From contig CAVRAG010000010.1 in the NCBI GenBank assembly GCA_963718895.1, positions 1 through 39,024 on the forward strand: DNA of 39,024 nt, given 5' to 3'. Below the pieces are notes generated by a model, which saw only the letters and a list, made by a program, of their open reading frames with translations, was not told where the DNA came from and searched no databases. Shown here piece after piece: positions 8,814 through 18,894 of this stretch. Positions within the stretch are counted from its first letter, which is position 1. The number at the start of each line of letters is the position of its first letter. Source of the stretch: an uncultured Nitrososphaerota archaeon (GTDB lineage: Archaea; Thermoproteota; Nitrososphaeria; Nitrososphaerales; Gagatemarchaeaceae). Position numbers and translations under genes: made by a program.

Positions 8814-9506
8814 CTACCCAACAACAAGGTCTACTCCGGTCACGCCGATTCCCTCATCGATGGTCTGGCTGGTTGCGAAGTAGTAGTCTGTGGTGCCGTC
8901 TGCGTACTGCCAGAAGACCTTGACTTGATAGTCCATCATGTTTGGAAGCCTTGTGGAGAAGGTAGCGTTCTGCACTGCTGCCATGAATGATTCGCCGTCG
9001 GATGCCGTGTATACAACCTTAATCGGGTGTGCCGACGGGAGCGACTGTGAAATTGTCCCGTGAGCCGAGAGAATTGTGGGTGGGGTCTCCACCTGGAGAT
9101 TGTACGACATGGCGCCCATCGAACCGGCAGACATGTTGACCGTCAGGTCCCCTCTGTCGATCTCGCCCGTCTGCCACGAGTAGTTCCCCGCCCACCGCGC
9201 CACGACATCGTAGACCGCTCCGTTCGGGAGGTCTATGGAGAACTTCCCGTCCGAGACGGGGGCTGTAAGGTTCGTACCTGTGTTGGCGTTCGTGAAAGAA
9301 AGCGAGACCAAATGAGTTCCCTGACCTACAGTCGACACGAGCCCGAAGACATTGACCGTTGCAGGCGTCGGAAGCGTCGAAATACTCAGGGAGGAGGTCT
9401 GAGTGGTGGTATGGGATCCAGTCTGGCCGGTGACGTCAATGTAAAACCCGACACCAAGTGCTGCTGCGATGAGAAGGATTGTGAGGCCCGCCGTGATATT
9501 CCTCAT
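8814..9506 (-). CDS. Membrane-anchored extracellular beta-sandwich protein
   Basis: N-terminal hydrophobic anchor, Thr/Ser linker and two similar beta-rich halves. Confidence 0.7.
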   Translation of the reverse strand: MRNITAGLTILLIAAALGVGFYIDVTGQTGSHTTTQTSSLSISTLPTPATVNVFGLVSTVGQGTHLVSLSFTNANTGTNLTAPVSDGKFSIDLPNGAVYDVVARWAGNYSWQTGEIDRGDLTVNMSAGSMGAMSYNLQVETPPTILSAHGTISQSLPSAHPIKVVYTASDGESFMAAVQNATFSTRLPNMMDYQVKVFWQYADGTTDYYFATSQTIDEGIGVTGVDLVVG

Positions 9507-9763
9507 TCTTCCTTGACCTCCTGGAGTTTCTGTGAAGGTTTCGCCAAGTCTTCTCTTGCCAGATCTATCCTGAGGGTGCCGGCTGTGCCGATGAGTTCCA
9601 AGACCGAGTCCTCCTCGAACCCGGCGCGTTGAAGGGTTCCTATTGTGCCTTCTATCGTGACTCTGTCGCCTCTCCCGTTGCCAACCAATGCGGTCTTGAC
9701 GGCGGCCCTCGACTTCAATTCAATGGAGAAGAATCGCCCTCCCGCTGCCTTCCTTCCTACCAT
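9503..9763 (-). CDS. Small conserved hypothetical protein
   Basis: 86 aa, 4-nt overlap with the downstream gene start, FSIELKS...IEGTIG...GTLRIDL. Confidence 0.7.
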   Translation of the reverse strand: MVGRKAAGGRFFSIELKSRAAVKTALVGNGRGDRVTIEGTIGTLQRAGFEEDSVLELIGTAGTLRIDLAREDLAKPSQKLQEVKEE

Positions 9764-10066
9764 CTCTGCTCTTCACCTAGCGACAGGCCTGGTCCTACAT
9801 GGCAGATAGCGCTTGGTTGACGAAGATGTGTATGTGTAAACAATACTGTGTAGAGAGTGAGATCGTCAAAGTGACGGCGTCCTAGTGACTCGCGAACTCA
9901 GGAACGGGGTACGATCCCAATCTTGGAGCGTCCGGCGCTACACTTTTCACAGAAACTGTTTGCTCGGATGTTGGCATTCCTTCTGGGCCGAAGACTCGCT
10001 GAGGAATTGTCGTAATGCTTATTTGACGACGATGTCTACGCGTGTGCACGGCTGTGTAGGGTCGCC

Positions 10067-10891
10067 ATGGAGAAACCTGTGCAGGCCGAGGAGAGAGGCA
10101 ACGAGCTGTTCTTCCAGCTCTCGAGTACCGACCGACGGCGCATCCTCAAGGAGTTGCTGCAGGAAGACCTCAAGCTTCACGAGGTCGCCCAACGGCTGGA
10201 GATGACAGCCACCGAGACCCTCAGGCAGCTGCAGCGGCTGACGGAGGCCGGCCTTCTCGAGAAGATGCCCGATGGGAAGTACAGGCTGACGTCCTACGCG
10301 AAGCTCGTCTTGGACACCTCGTCTTCCATGTACTTCATCTCAAGATTCAGGGAGTACTTCCTCGGACACAACGCGTTTCTGCTCCCATGCGAGTTTCGCT
10401 CCCGTCTCGGAGAGCTATCGGGCTGCGAATTGATTCCCACCACGGTTGAGACCATCAACAAAGTGACGGAGCTCATCCAAGGCGCTCAGAAGAGGCTCGA
10501 CACCGTGATACTCGGTACAGAAGCTCTCATCGAGATGATGAGGCAGCGTAGTGTTGAGGGGGTGAAGATTAGGTGGCTGATGCAGGAGAGTTTCATCCCC
10601 AAGGCGCCTTCGGTCCTTCGTTCTTGGAAGGAACTTCCAGAGATTAGGACGACCCCGGCAGTCCTGGGACATATCGTCGTCACGGAGAAGGCTGGGCTGC
10701 TGACGATGCGGAGTAACATGGGAGAAATGACCTACGAGTCGTTCGTCAGTGCCGATTCTTCCTTCCTGAAGTGCGTAGACGGTCTGTTCACGTACGAATG
10801 GCAGAAGGCAAAGCCTTGGTATCCATACGGGAAGGCTGGGGAACGACTCTCCATGGCGGATCCATGGGGGTCAGGAGACGAGATCCAGTAA
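10067..10891 (+). CDS. Archaeal wHTH transcriptional regulator (ArsR-like HTH plus DUF1724/FilR1-type domain)
   Basis: LFFQLSSTDRRRIL...LQRLTEAGLLEK..GKYRLT, YFLGH...LP..F..RLGEL. Confidence 0.8.
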   Translation: MEKPVQAEERGNELFFQLSSTDRRRILKELLQEDLKLHEVAQRLEMTATETLRQLQRLTEAGLLEKMPDGKYRLTSYAKLVLDTSSSMYFISRFREYFLGHNAFLLPCEFRSRLGELSGCELIPTTVETINKVTELIQGAQKRLDTVILGTEALIEMMRQRSVEGVKIRWLMQESFIPKAPSVLRSWKELPEIRTTPAVLGHIVVTEKAGLLTMRSNMGEMTYESFVSADSSFLKCVDGLFTYEWQKAKPWYPYGKAGERLSMADPWGSGDEIQ

Positions 10892-12055
10892 CTGCGCGTC
10901 CTCACCGATTACCCTGGCGAGCGTCTCATTGTCGATCAGTAACTTGATTCTCTTAGTCCTGCCCCTCCGGCCCTTGCTGACGACAGCGGCCTCCACGAGG
11001 CCCAGTATGTCTAGTTCGGCAAGTATGCCGCTTACTCGCCTCTGTGTCAGGACCTCCACGCTGGACTTCCTTGCTAGGTTGGTGTAGGCGAGGTAGACCT
11101 CGCCCGTGCTCGTGCCGGCGGGAAACCTTGAAGCTGCGATGATGATTACCTTCGCTTGCAGTGGGAGCGAGCGGAGAGCGACTTCCACAGTGTCGTGTTC
11201 GAGCTTCTCTGATGCCTTGCGGATGCTCTCCTCGTCGACGCGCTGACGACCCTCACGTTCGGCGACTTCTCCGGCTACTCTCAGCAGGTCAATCGCTCTT
11301 CGCGCGTCGCCGTGTTCCGACGCAGCGAGCGCCGCGCAGAGGTTGATCGTGGTCTCCGGAACCACTCCCGGCCTGAATGCTATTTTGGTCCTCTCAGCCA
11401 AAATCGAGCGTAGCTCTTCCGTGGTATAGGGCGGGAAGACGAGCTCTTCCTCCCCCAAGCTGCTCAGGACCCTGGCGTCTAGCCCCTCTTTGAATCTCAA
11501 ATCGTTGGAGATACCGATGATTGTCAGGAAGCCTGGGGCGGTCTCCTCGCCTGACCTTGTGAACTTGTACAGCGTATCGTCGTTGGCGTTGACCAGGTAG
11601 TCGATTTCATCCAAGACGAGAATCAGATGGATCGCGTGCTCGGAGATGGCCTTGAAGATTCGTTTGACGACTTCGCCCATAGAGAGCCCCGTCGGCGGGA
11701 TCTTGTCCATGGGAAGGCTCTCTGCGATTGTGGCGAGGGTCAGATACTCTGTTCCGGCGGACCTGCAATTCACGTAAGACGTCAGAATCTGTTTCTTGTC
11801 GTCCTTCTTCTCAAGTCTGTCCACGACCCGTTTGGCCACGGCCGTCTTGCCCGTCCCGGTCTTCCCATAGAGCAGAAGATTGGAAGGCTTCGATCCCAAA
11901 AGGGCAGGCGCGAGGACCTGCGCCACGTTCGTCTCCTGACTTTCCCGGAAGGGAAGATGCTCTGGGACGAACTCGGTCGAGAGGGCGCTTCTGTTCTGGA
12001 ACAGGAGCCTCCCCTGCTTCGTCTTGTTGAAGATAGCGTCAATCCCGTCCTCCAT
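10871..12055 (-). CDS. cdc6: Orc1/Cdc6 replication initiator
   Basis: Walker A YGKTGTGKT, Walker B ILVLDEID, GISND, FPPYT, HGDARRAIDLLR, C-terminal wH domain (SKGRRGRTK). Confidence 0.97.
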   Translation of the reverse strand: MEDGIDAIFNKTKQGRLLFQNRSALSTEFVPEHLPFRESQETNVAQVLAPALLGSKPSNLLLYGKTGTGKTAVAKRVVDRLEKKDDKKQILTSYVNCRSAGTEYLTLATIAESLPMDKIPPTGLSMGEVVKRIFKAISEHAIHLILVLDEIDYLVNANDDTLYKFTRSGEETAPGFLTIIGISNDLRFKEGLDARVLSSLGEEELVFPPYTTEELRSILAERTKIAFRPGVVPETTINLCAALAASEHGDARRAIDLLRVAGEVAEREGRQRVDEESIRKASEKLEHDTVEVALRSLPLQAKVIIIAASRFPAGTSTGEVYLAYTNLARKSSVEVLTQRRVSGILAELDILGLVEAAVVSKGRRGRTKRIKLLIDNETLARVIGEDAQLLDLVS

Positions 12056-12063
12056 GTCAACAA

Positions 12064-12073
12064 CACTGGAAAC
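12064..12073. promoter_or_regulatory. Mini-ORB-like site just upstream of cdc6
   Basis: CACTGGAAAC is identical to the core of the ORB at 36771-36790 and lies 9-18 bp upstream of the cdc6 ATG. Confidence 0.5.
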
Positions 12074-12164
12074 ACTGGTTAGATAAGCCCTCCCACGATT
12101 CGAGCGACTTCTGGTGCAGCAATCGCTGGGGAGAATGACGCGGTTCTTCGAATCTCTGCGCTTC

Positions 12165-12905
12165 TCAGGTCGTAAGCTGTTGCTGTATGAACCGCCACAC
12201 CTCCAGTTCAGGGGGAGGATGAGGGAATGAGCTCTTGCGCGAGTCCCAGTCGTACAACCCCCGTATGCTGTCCAGCGCCTCGTCTTCTGTTCCTAGCACT
12301 GTAAACGACTCCTGTTCACCGTATTCCGAGTGAATGAAGTTCTTCCCGTCGAAGTAGATGGTTGTTCCGCCTTCATGATGCGCCGTGCGGAATGACTTGC
12401 CGTTCCGAAGGTCGTCGAGAATCGCATGTTTGAGAGCCGCGACGGGCACAGGATCTTCCTTCTCGCCCGCGAGCTTGGTTTCCTTCTCCAATGCCTCCTG
12501 AACCAATCGGTCGTAGAGTTCTTGGGAGGCATCGCCCAGGAGGCCTAGGGTCGGAGCTGTCTGTAGGTTGCGGGTCCAGTATCCGAAGGACTTGTCTGCG
12601 TAGGCACGGAACTCGGCTTCCGTCTGCCAGATGCGTGGGACCCATGCGGAGACGTGCAATGAGTACCAGTTCCCCTTCGGGAGAGCCGCCTCGAAGCGGA
12701 GTTGAACATCCCGGCCGACGAAGGGTGGATTGTCAGAGCCTGAGTATGTGAGCTTCCCTGTCTGTGCCCCGTCGCGTATCATGAGCAGACCCAGGATTTT
12801 CTCAGCCTCGAACTTCATCTCGAAAGGACCGTTGGAAGACCAGAAGTACGTCGAGTACTCCTGAGTCCAGTTCTCCGTCTTGCTCTTGGTAGGTTGAGCT
12901 TCCAT
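12165..12905 (-). CDS. Hypothetical protein
   Basis: 246-aa ORF with ATG start and protein-like composition. No family recognised. Confidence 0.7.
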   Translation of the reverse strand: MEAQPTKSKTENWTQEYSTYFWSSNGPFEMKFEAEKILGLLMIRDGAQTGKLTYSGSDNPPFVGRDVQLRFEAALPKGNWYSLHVSAWVPRIWQTEAEFRAYADKSFGYWTRNLQTAPTLGLLGDASQELYDRLVQEALEKETKLAGEKEDPVPVAALKHAILDDLRNGKSFRTAHHEGGTTIYFDGKNFIHSEYGEQESFTVLGTEDEALDSIRGLYDWDSRKSSFPHPPPELEVWRFIQQQLTT

Positions 12906-13045
12906 GTGATACGCTTCTCGCGTCTCTTCGACCGCGCGACGATTTCAACGTTCTTGTTTCACAGCTAGCGCTCCCGGGGTGGTCGAAGCGATAGCGGGCT
13001 TTAGTTAGGCGCCCTTATCTTGCGCGCCGTCAGTTCGCTCTCGTC

Positions 13046-13987
13046 TCATGGTGCTAGATGACCCTGGTTTCGGGTTGCTACGATGACGGAGGATGTGGTG
13101 GGGAGCCCGATTTGTGCGGGGAGTGTCGGTGTGACGGGGACCACCGTGAAGTGCAACAATTCGACCTGCCCCCATTCATCCTCCACGACAAGCGTGTAGG
13201 AGCCCGCCACGAAGGGGTGAGTGGCAACCGGACCGGTCTCAGGGTACACGAATCCCGCGCCTGGGCCTCCATTGACGGGTGTGAGAAGGTCCTGGTCCTC
13301 CGAGCTGTTGAAGGGGTAGGACCAGTAGCCTTCCACGGTGAAGTTGGAGGCCAGTTGGTAAGGCCCCCTCGTCGCGTTCAAATCTGACCCTACGGCAGTG
13401 ACGAAGACCCCTGTGAGGACAGCCTGGTCGCTGCTCGGCTGGAAGACGAGGTTGTTGACAATCATGCCATATTTCATGCCATATTCGGCGCATGCGACGG
13501 ATGGGCTCGAGCCGGTGGCGTTAGCGTCAGCCTTCAAAGCATCGAGGCTGTAGTTGCCGCTCAGGACGACGAACGTTACGGGTGGGTAGCCGAAGCAGGT
13601 GGGCCACAGCGCGATGGGGAACCCCTGGAATGACGTAAGGTTCGAGGGGGGAACCGGGCTGATGGTCGGCAGGGTGTTGAAGAGCGACACCGAGATGTTG
13701 AGGCTCTGGGTGACCTTGACCTCGGCGGAGCTTATCGACACAGTCAGTCGCAATCCGTTGGTCGAGAGGATGGATGACGTCCCGATTGTGCTCGTCGATG
13801 GTGGCGATTCTAGCTGGTCTCCCGGCATGCTCGCGACGACGCTCGTGCCAATCTGGGAGGAAGGGGCACCGGCGAAGTAAAGGTTCAGCATTCCCGCCAG
13901 AGAGATGGCTGCGATCACTACAGACACGAGTATCATCAGGAGAATGGTGCGTTGGACGCCCTTCTCGCTGCGGACTATCCGTGTCAT
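13046..13987 (-). CDS. Membrane-anchored surface protein, paralog of 38028-38909
   Basis: Signal anchor, Ser/Thr linker, shared HPF..G.YT.V..DEWG motif. Start taken at the ATG at 13987. Confidence 0.78.
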   Translation of the reverse strand: MTRIVRSEKGVQRTILLMILVSVVIAAISLAGMLNLYFAGAPSSQIGTSVVASMPGDQLESPPSTSTIGTSSILSTNGLRLTVSISSAEVKVTQSLNISVSLFNTLPTISPVPPSNLTSFQGFPIALWPTCFGYPPVTFVVLSGNYSLDALKADANATGSSPSVACAEYGMKYGMIVNNLVFQPSSDQAVLTGVFVTAVGSDLNATRGPYQLASNFTVEGYWSYPFNSSEDQDLLTPVNGGPGAGFVYPETGPVATHPFVAGSYTLVVEDEWGQVELLHFTVVPVTPTLPAQIGLPTTSSVIVATRNQGHLAP

Positions 13988-14004
13988 GTTCCGTCGTTGG
14001 ATGG

Positions 14005-15273
14005 TCATTTTTGATTAATAGTCTTGTCCTCTCGCGGCGGCTTGGTTCCGCTGCGAAGCAAGAAGACCGGCAGTGTAATCACCACGAGCAGGACGGCGAT
14101 GAATGCCCAAGCGAGTGAGTAGCCGGGACCCGCCGCAATCCCAGAGAAGACCAAGGGCGCCCAGACGCCTCCAAGAAATGCGATGCCGTTGATCCAGGAG
14201 AGCTTCAGCGCCCCATACTCCTGCCTGGCGCCGCCGATTGTCCTTGCGATGCTCACCCCGAAGATGTATGCGCCAGAGGTCGTAGCTCCCACGATCAACC
14301 CAGAGAGGAGGGCCGCGTAAGCTGAGGGTACAGCTGCTATAGCTAGGCCGCCTGCCGAAGCGAAGCAGAGGACGATGAACGCTATCTTCGGGTTCGGACT
14401 TCTGTCGAACGCCCTCCCTTCCAGAGGCGCGGCGAGGATGGATACCACCACCGTGACCCCTCCTATCGCCCCAGCGATACCGGCGGCAACCCGCAGGCTG
14501 TCTTCCAAGTAGTAGACCATGAAGTAGAGGTTGGTGCTGAAGCAGATCTGTTCGGTGATCAGGCCTGCGCTCAGTATCAGCAGCCACTTGTTCAGGATGA
14601 CGGTCTTCAGCTCCGAGAACCTCACCGAGAATGTCGCGTCACTTGGGTCCCTTGGGACCAGCAGGACTAGGAGGGCGCACGCTCCCAGAGCGAGGACGCC
14701 TCCCACAATCATGCTCATTCTCCACCCGACCGCGTCACCGAGCACCGCCCAGCCCGAGATGCCGACGACCGCGCCGACGTCGAAGGTCCCGCTGTAGAAG
14801 CCGATTCCCAGGCCCTCGGATCCCTTCTTGAAGTAGCGCGTGACTAGGATTACGCCAGGTCCGAAGATGAAGGCCTCTCCGATGCCCTCGGCGAGCCTCA
14901 GAATCGTCAGAAGGAGGATTTGGTCCGCAAGGCCGATTAGGATGGACGACACGGCGATCAGGAGTATGCCTACGGTGAGGGCCTTCTTGGGACCGTACTT
15001 CGCGGCGACCAGCCCGGCAGGGAGCTGGAAGACTGCCACTCCGAGGACGAAGGTCGTTGTGACCAAGCCGAGTCCCGAGACGTTCTGGTGAAGGTCAGAG
15101 GCGATCAGGAAGAAGACAGAGGAGAACGTGTACCAGTTTATGGCGCAGACGAACTGGATGACGATTATCGTGATGAGGGCGTTCCGGTTCTCCACGCGCT
15201 CAGAGTAGCTACGTTCGGGTATTAGACCTCGATTGTCGCTTAAGTGCGGTCGGCTCTCACTCCGACGAAGCAT
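14005..15273 (-). CDS. MFS transporter
   Basis: About 12 TM segments, motif A-like G.VAAKYGPKK, LRLAEGIG. True start may be a few codons internal. Confidence 0.88.
   Translation of the reverse strand: MLRRSESRPHLSDNRGLIPERSYSERVENRNALITIIVIQFVCAINWYTFSSVFFLIASDLHQNVSGLGLVTTTFVLGVAVFQLPAGLVAAKYGPKKALTVGILLIAVSSILIGLADQILLLTILRLAEGIGEAFIFGPGVILVTRYFKKGSEGLGIGFYSGTFDVGAVVGISGWAVLGDAVGWRMSMIVGGVLALGACALLVLLVPRDPSDATFSVRFSELKTVILNKWLLILSAGLITEQICFSTNLYFMVYYLEDSLRVAAGIAGAIGGVTVVVSILAAPLEGRAFDRSPNPKIAFIVLCFASAGGLAIAAVPSAYAALLSGLIVGATTSGAYIFGVSIARTIGGARQEYGALKLSWINGIAFLGGVWAPLVFSGIAAGPGYSLAWAFIAVLLVVITLPVFLLRSGTKPPREDKTINQK
14013..14030 (-). repeat. Degenerate copy of the 21-bp element (AGGACAAGACTATTAATC)
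   Basis: Lies 25 bp upstream of the ATG at 13987 and overlaps the last codons of the MFS gene. Confidence 0.6.
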
Positions 15274-15311
15274 ACCGCAGACGTATATGCCACAGTTGAG
15301 CTATTTCGCCT

Positions 15312-15782
15312 ATGAGGGTCGAGGAAAGGTACGCGGCCACCTGGCACGGCTTCTTCCCGCGTTTCATCCTCGCCAGCTTGGTCATCGCCTTTGCAGGGGT
15401 GCTCCTCCAGTGGATTGTATCTGTGTTCATCCCCTTCACTGTCCAGAACTCCTCGAGTCTTCCCTTCAAGTTTCAGGTTCAAGAGGCAGTCTCGATCGCC
15501 TACTTCCCCTTTGCCGTCTTCGCCCTGTTCTATCTCTCGTCGAGAATCCGCATCAACCTGGGAAGCGACTACGCGGCGGTGGCAGCATCAATATTCCTGG
15601 GAGTGCTCGTGGTGTCCCTCCTCTTCGGGGTGCCGGATGCGCTTGCGTCGGTTGGAGGCAACGTGGGAAATAGCGCTCTCGATGCGCTCCTGCAGTCGAC
15701 TGCCAATGCCGTCTTTGGCTCGATCAGCTACGCGTTCGTAGGTTTCGCTGCAGTCCTCCTTTCATACAGGAGGAGGATGTGA
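15312..15782 (+). CDS. Hypothetical integral membrane protein (4 TM)
   Basis: Four hydrophobic segments, overlaps the next gene start (GTGATG). Confidence 0.72.
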   Translation: MRVEERYAATWHGFFPRFILASLVIAFAGVLLQWIVSVFIPFTVQNSSSLPFKFQVQEAVSIAYFPFAVFALFYLSSRIRINLGSDYAAVAASIFLGVLVVSLLFGVPDALASVGGNVGNSALDALLQSTANAVFGSISYAFVGFAAVLLSYRRRM

Positions 15783-16483
15783 TGACCGCCATCGCGGATC
15801 CGGCGCCCGAGAGCGGGGAGGACTCTCTGAACGGGGTCAGGGCCGTGGTTCTGATTGGATGCGTGATGGTCGGGGTCTATCTCCTCTCCAGCGTCTTGCA
15901 GGTGTATGAGAGGGACCTCTTGAACACGCTCTTCCCGTATTCCTCTCAGTTTGCCTTTCTGAGAGGGCTCTTCCCGAGTCCGTGGTCGGATGACCTCGTC
16001 GATTGGCAGAACGTAGCCCTGTTTGAAGTGGTCCCGTTCCTTCTCTTCTTCTACTTCGCGGTCAGGATGAGGATAGACCCGATGGGGAGGGTCCTGCCAA
16101 TGGTCACTGCGATGGTTGTGCTCGGCATTGGTCTTTCTTTCTTCAATCTTGTGTTAGGAGTCTATCAAAACAACATATCCAGTCTGCTCCTCAACGGGTC
16201 GTTCACCATCCCCAACATGAGCCAGACCAATCCCCTGGCAGGTATTCTCTCCTTGATTTCGTCGACCTGGGAGCTAGGGTATATCTTTGAGAGCGGTGTG
16301 GTGTTTGCCGCGCTCGGCATGACGGGTATCGCGTTCGGAAGTTTCTCGGGAGAGACGCCGTACTGGATTCTCAAATCCTGGTTCGCATCGCGTGGCCCGC
16401 CGGAGGAAGAGGTCCCAGTCCTTGATGACACGAACTCGCCCCAGCCGGCGGCCGCCGACTCGTCAGAAGAGCGCATCAACTGA
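15779..16483 (+). CDS. Hypothetical integral membrane protein
   Basis: Four hydrophobic segments, acidic tail, similar P.L.F.F...R.RI segment to the upstream gene. Confidence 0.72.
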   Translation: MMTAIADPAPESGEDSLNGVRAVVLIGCVMVGVYLLSSVLQVYERDLLNTLFPYSSQFAFLRGLFPSPWSDDLVDWQNVALFEVVPFLLFFYFAVRMRIDPMGRVLPMVTAMVVLGIGLSFFNLVLGVYQNNISSLLLNGSFTIPNMSQTNPLAGILSLISSTWELGYIFESGVVFAALGMTGIAFGSFSGETPYWILKSWFASRGPPEEEVPVLDDTNSPQPAAADSSEERIN

Positions 16484-16497
16484 GCAGCTTCAGCTAC

Positions 16498-18174
16498 TCA
16501 ATGTGGATTGAAATTCGTGTTCGGTTGCTGATGGTCGGTGCCTTCCGCAGATACCGGGCTGCCTTCGGTCGTCGCTACCACCTGTGGAGCATGTTCTGGG
16601 ACGGCTTCCTTCTGGGACGACGTCTTGGTCAGGCGTCCCCGGAGGAAGAGCGCGAAGACGAAGGCAATCCCGAGGAGCCCCAGCATGACCAGGAAGGTCT
16701 GGTCGTACGAGCTGATCAGCGAGCTCTCGAGGGAACCAAGGTAACCCGCGCACAGAGGCATCGGCGGACTTGCCGAAGAGCACGCGGCGCTGGGCGAGGG
16801 GTCGAGGGACGCAAACCTTGTCGCCTGGAATGAAGCCAGTACAGACAACCCGACGGCACCCCCAAGTGACTGAAGGAATTGTATCAATCCTCCCGCCTCG
16901 CCGACGTCGGCGGTCTTCACCTGGTTCTGGGCGGCAAGGAGGAAGACCGGGAAGGTAAGGCCGATCCCGAAGCCGAGGGGAATCAACGATAGGATGATTC
17001 CGCCGACCGGGATGACGCTGAACATGAACTTCCACAGCGGGGTCGTGGTCGCAAGCTGGGACAGGCTGGCCATGCCGATGCCCCCTATGGTAATGCCGAG
17101 TAGTGTTACGACCCGGTAGGGGAGCCGGGTCAGGAGCTGCCCGCCCAGTGCTGCTCCGAAGACCAATGGTATGACCAGGAAGTAGAGGATGTCCCTGACG
17201 GTCTCCGAGGAGTTCGAGGCGCCGTGCACGAGGACGACCCCGACCACCAGTGAGAGGAACGTCGCGACGGGGAAGAAGACCGTCCCGATGAAGTAGGTCG
17301 CGCCGCCCCCTGCCGCCATGACTCGGTGGCTGAAGAGCCTGAGGGGGACCAATGCGTTGTCGGCGTTCTCGGCCTTGAGCTCCCAAGCGACAAAGCCGAC
17401 CACCAGCGCCGCGCCGAGGCCGAAGAGGCCGAGCGTCCGCGAGTCGGTCCAAGCCCATCCGCTGTCCGCTATCTGGTAGAGTGGGAACATTATGGAGGCC
17501 ACCCAACCGATGAGCAGCGCCGCTCCCACCAGGTCGAACTTCCGGGCGCGCTCAGGGCGGAGGGGCCCAAGCGTCGTTGCGACGAGCGCGAGGCCGGCGA
17601 GACCGACGGGGATATTCACGTAGAACACCCAGCGCCAGGTCGTGTACTGCACGATGGCGCTGCCGATGAGCGGCCCCGCCACCACCGCGATGCCGAAGAC
17701 TCCCGAGAGAGCACCGATGACCCTCGCGCGGGTCTTCGGGGGAAAGACGACCGCTACGATGGCGATGCCTACCGGGAAGAAGCCGCCGCTGCCGAATCCT
17801 TGGATTGAACGGAATATGATGAGCTCGGTAAGGTTCTGGCTGAGGCCCGAGAGGATCGAGCCCACGATGAAGACCACGAGGCCGCCGAGGAAGACGTTGC
17901 GTCGGGACCAGAGGTCCGATAGCTTGGCGAAGATAGGGATGCTCGCTGTGGAAGCGATGACGTACGCGCTTATGACAAATGTTCCGCTGTTCGGCTCGTG
18001 GAACTCAAACAGGATAGTCGGAAGCGCTGTGAGCGCGACGAAGTTATCGAGCGCACCCATAAGGAGGGCGAGAAGAATCCCGACGGTGATTAGCAGCTCA
18101 GACCTTGGGGTGATAGGAGCTGGAGAGGCACTGGTGACAGTGATTTCGGCTGAGGAAATCGTTTTGTTGGCCAT
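16498..18174 (-). CDS. MFS drug:H+ antiporter (DHA2, 14 TM)
   Basis: LD...V.TALPTI, KLSDLWSRR, RSIQGFG, GPLIG, WRWVFYVNIPVG motifs. Confidence 0.92.
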   Translation of the reverse strand: MANKTISSAEITVTSASPAPITPRSELLITVGILLALLMGALDNFVALTALPTILFEFHEPNSGTFVISAYVIASTASIPIFAKLSDLWSRRNVFLGGLVVFIVGSILSGLSQNLTELIIFRSIQGFGSGGFFPVGIAIVAVVFPPKTRARVIGALSGVFGIAVVAGPLIGSAIVQYTTWRWVFYVNIPVGLAGLALVATTLGPLRPERARKFDLVGAALLIGWVASIMFPLYQIADSGWAWTDSRTLGLFGLGAALVVGFVAWELKAENADNALVPLRLFSHRVMAAGGGATYFIGTVFFPVATFLSLVVGVVLVHGASNSSETVRDILYFLVIPLVFGAALGGQLLTRLPYRVVTLLGITIGGIGMASLSQLATTTPLWKFMFSVIPVGGIILSLIPLGFGIGLTFPVFLLAAQNQVKTADVGEAGGLIQFLQSLGGAVGLSVLASFQATRFASLDPSPSAACSSASPPMPLCAGYLGSLESSLISSYDQTFLVMLGLLGIAFVFALFLRGRLTKTSSQKEAVPEHAPQVVATTEGSPVSAEGTDHQQPNTNFNPH

Positions 18175-18370
18175 GGTTTCACGTTATTTGCACGTATTCG
18201 TCCTGTGCGCCTAGAACATCCGCGTCCGTCCTTGATGGCTCCGTTGTAGGATTTGCATCCAGATTGTCCTCTGATGATGGAAGAGACAAGTTCTGATGCT
18301 TTAACGTATTGTGCGTCCGATATAAGGCTATTGGGTGTCCGATACCCTTTCCTCATTTGAGCTGAACGCG

Positions 18371-18841
18371 TCAAACAACAGAAATGTTGACTTCTACTCC
18401 GCACTTGAGGCACTTCACGTTGTCTCCAGCTATCAGGAAATAATGCTTGACGTCCACTGCGTCGGCAGAATACCACTTGTTGTCGCAGTTCTTGCAATAC
18501 ACATGCTTCATTCTTCGCTCCAGTTGCCAGGCGATTTGAAGCTCGACCCTCTCATCGCTTGCCCTGTCCGTTACGTGTCTGACTTCGCTGGCTTCGTAGG
18601 TCCGGTTGTCTATCTTTCTGACGCGATTCTTGACGGTCTTCGGAGTCTTGAGGCCGACCTTTTCCCCAGGTTTGGTAATCATCATCGAGGGTGATATGCT
18701 TGGACCTACGACCGCGTAAGCGTCGGCGTGGTAACCTCCGCATTTGTCGCAGCGATAGTGCACTCCGGTGTCCCCTTGGCTTACAACCTGAAGCTTACCT
18801 TTTCCGCAAATTGGGCATTTCTGCCCGGCTCTAGTTTCCAA
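18371..18841 (-). CDS. Multi-Zn-ribbon hypothetical protein
   Basis: Four CxxC pairs (CPICG, CDKCG, CKNC, CLKCG). Confidence 0.6.
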   Translation of the reverse strand: METRAGQKCPICGKGKLQVVSQGDTGVHYRCDKCGGYHADAYAVVGPSISPSMMITKPGEKVGLKTPKTVKNRVRKIDNRTYEASEVRHVTDRASDERVELQIAWQLERRMKHVYCKNCDNKWYSADAVDVKHYFLIAGDNVKCLKCGVEVNISVV

Positions 18842-18894
18842 GTAAGGCCGAGGCGATTCTTAAGTTGTGAAAAGCTTTTGGATTCTGAAGGCGC

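Noticed and set aside
16490-17808. Long alternative-frame ORFs (e.g. 16490-17506, 14015-14587, 32218-32910, 38246-38935)
   Set aside because: Arg/His/Pro-rich shadow frames of GC3-rich real genes.
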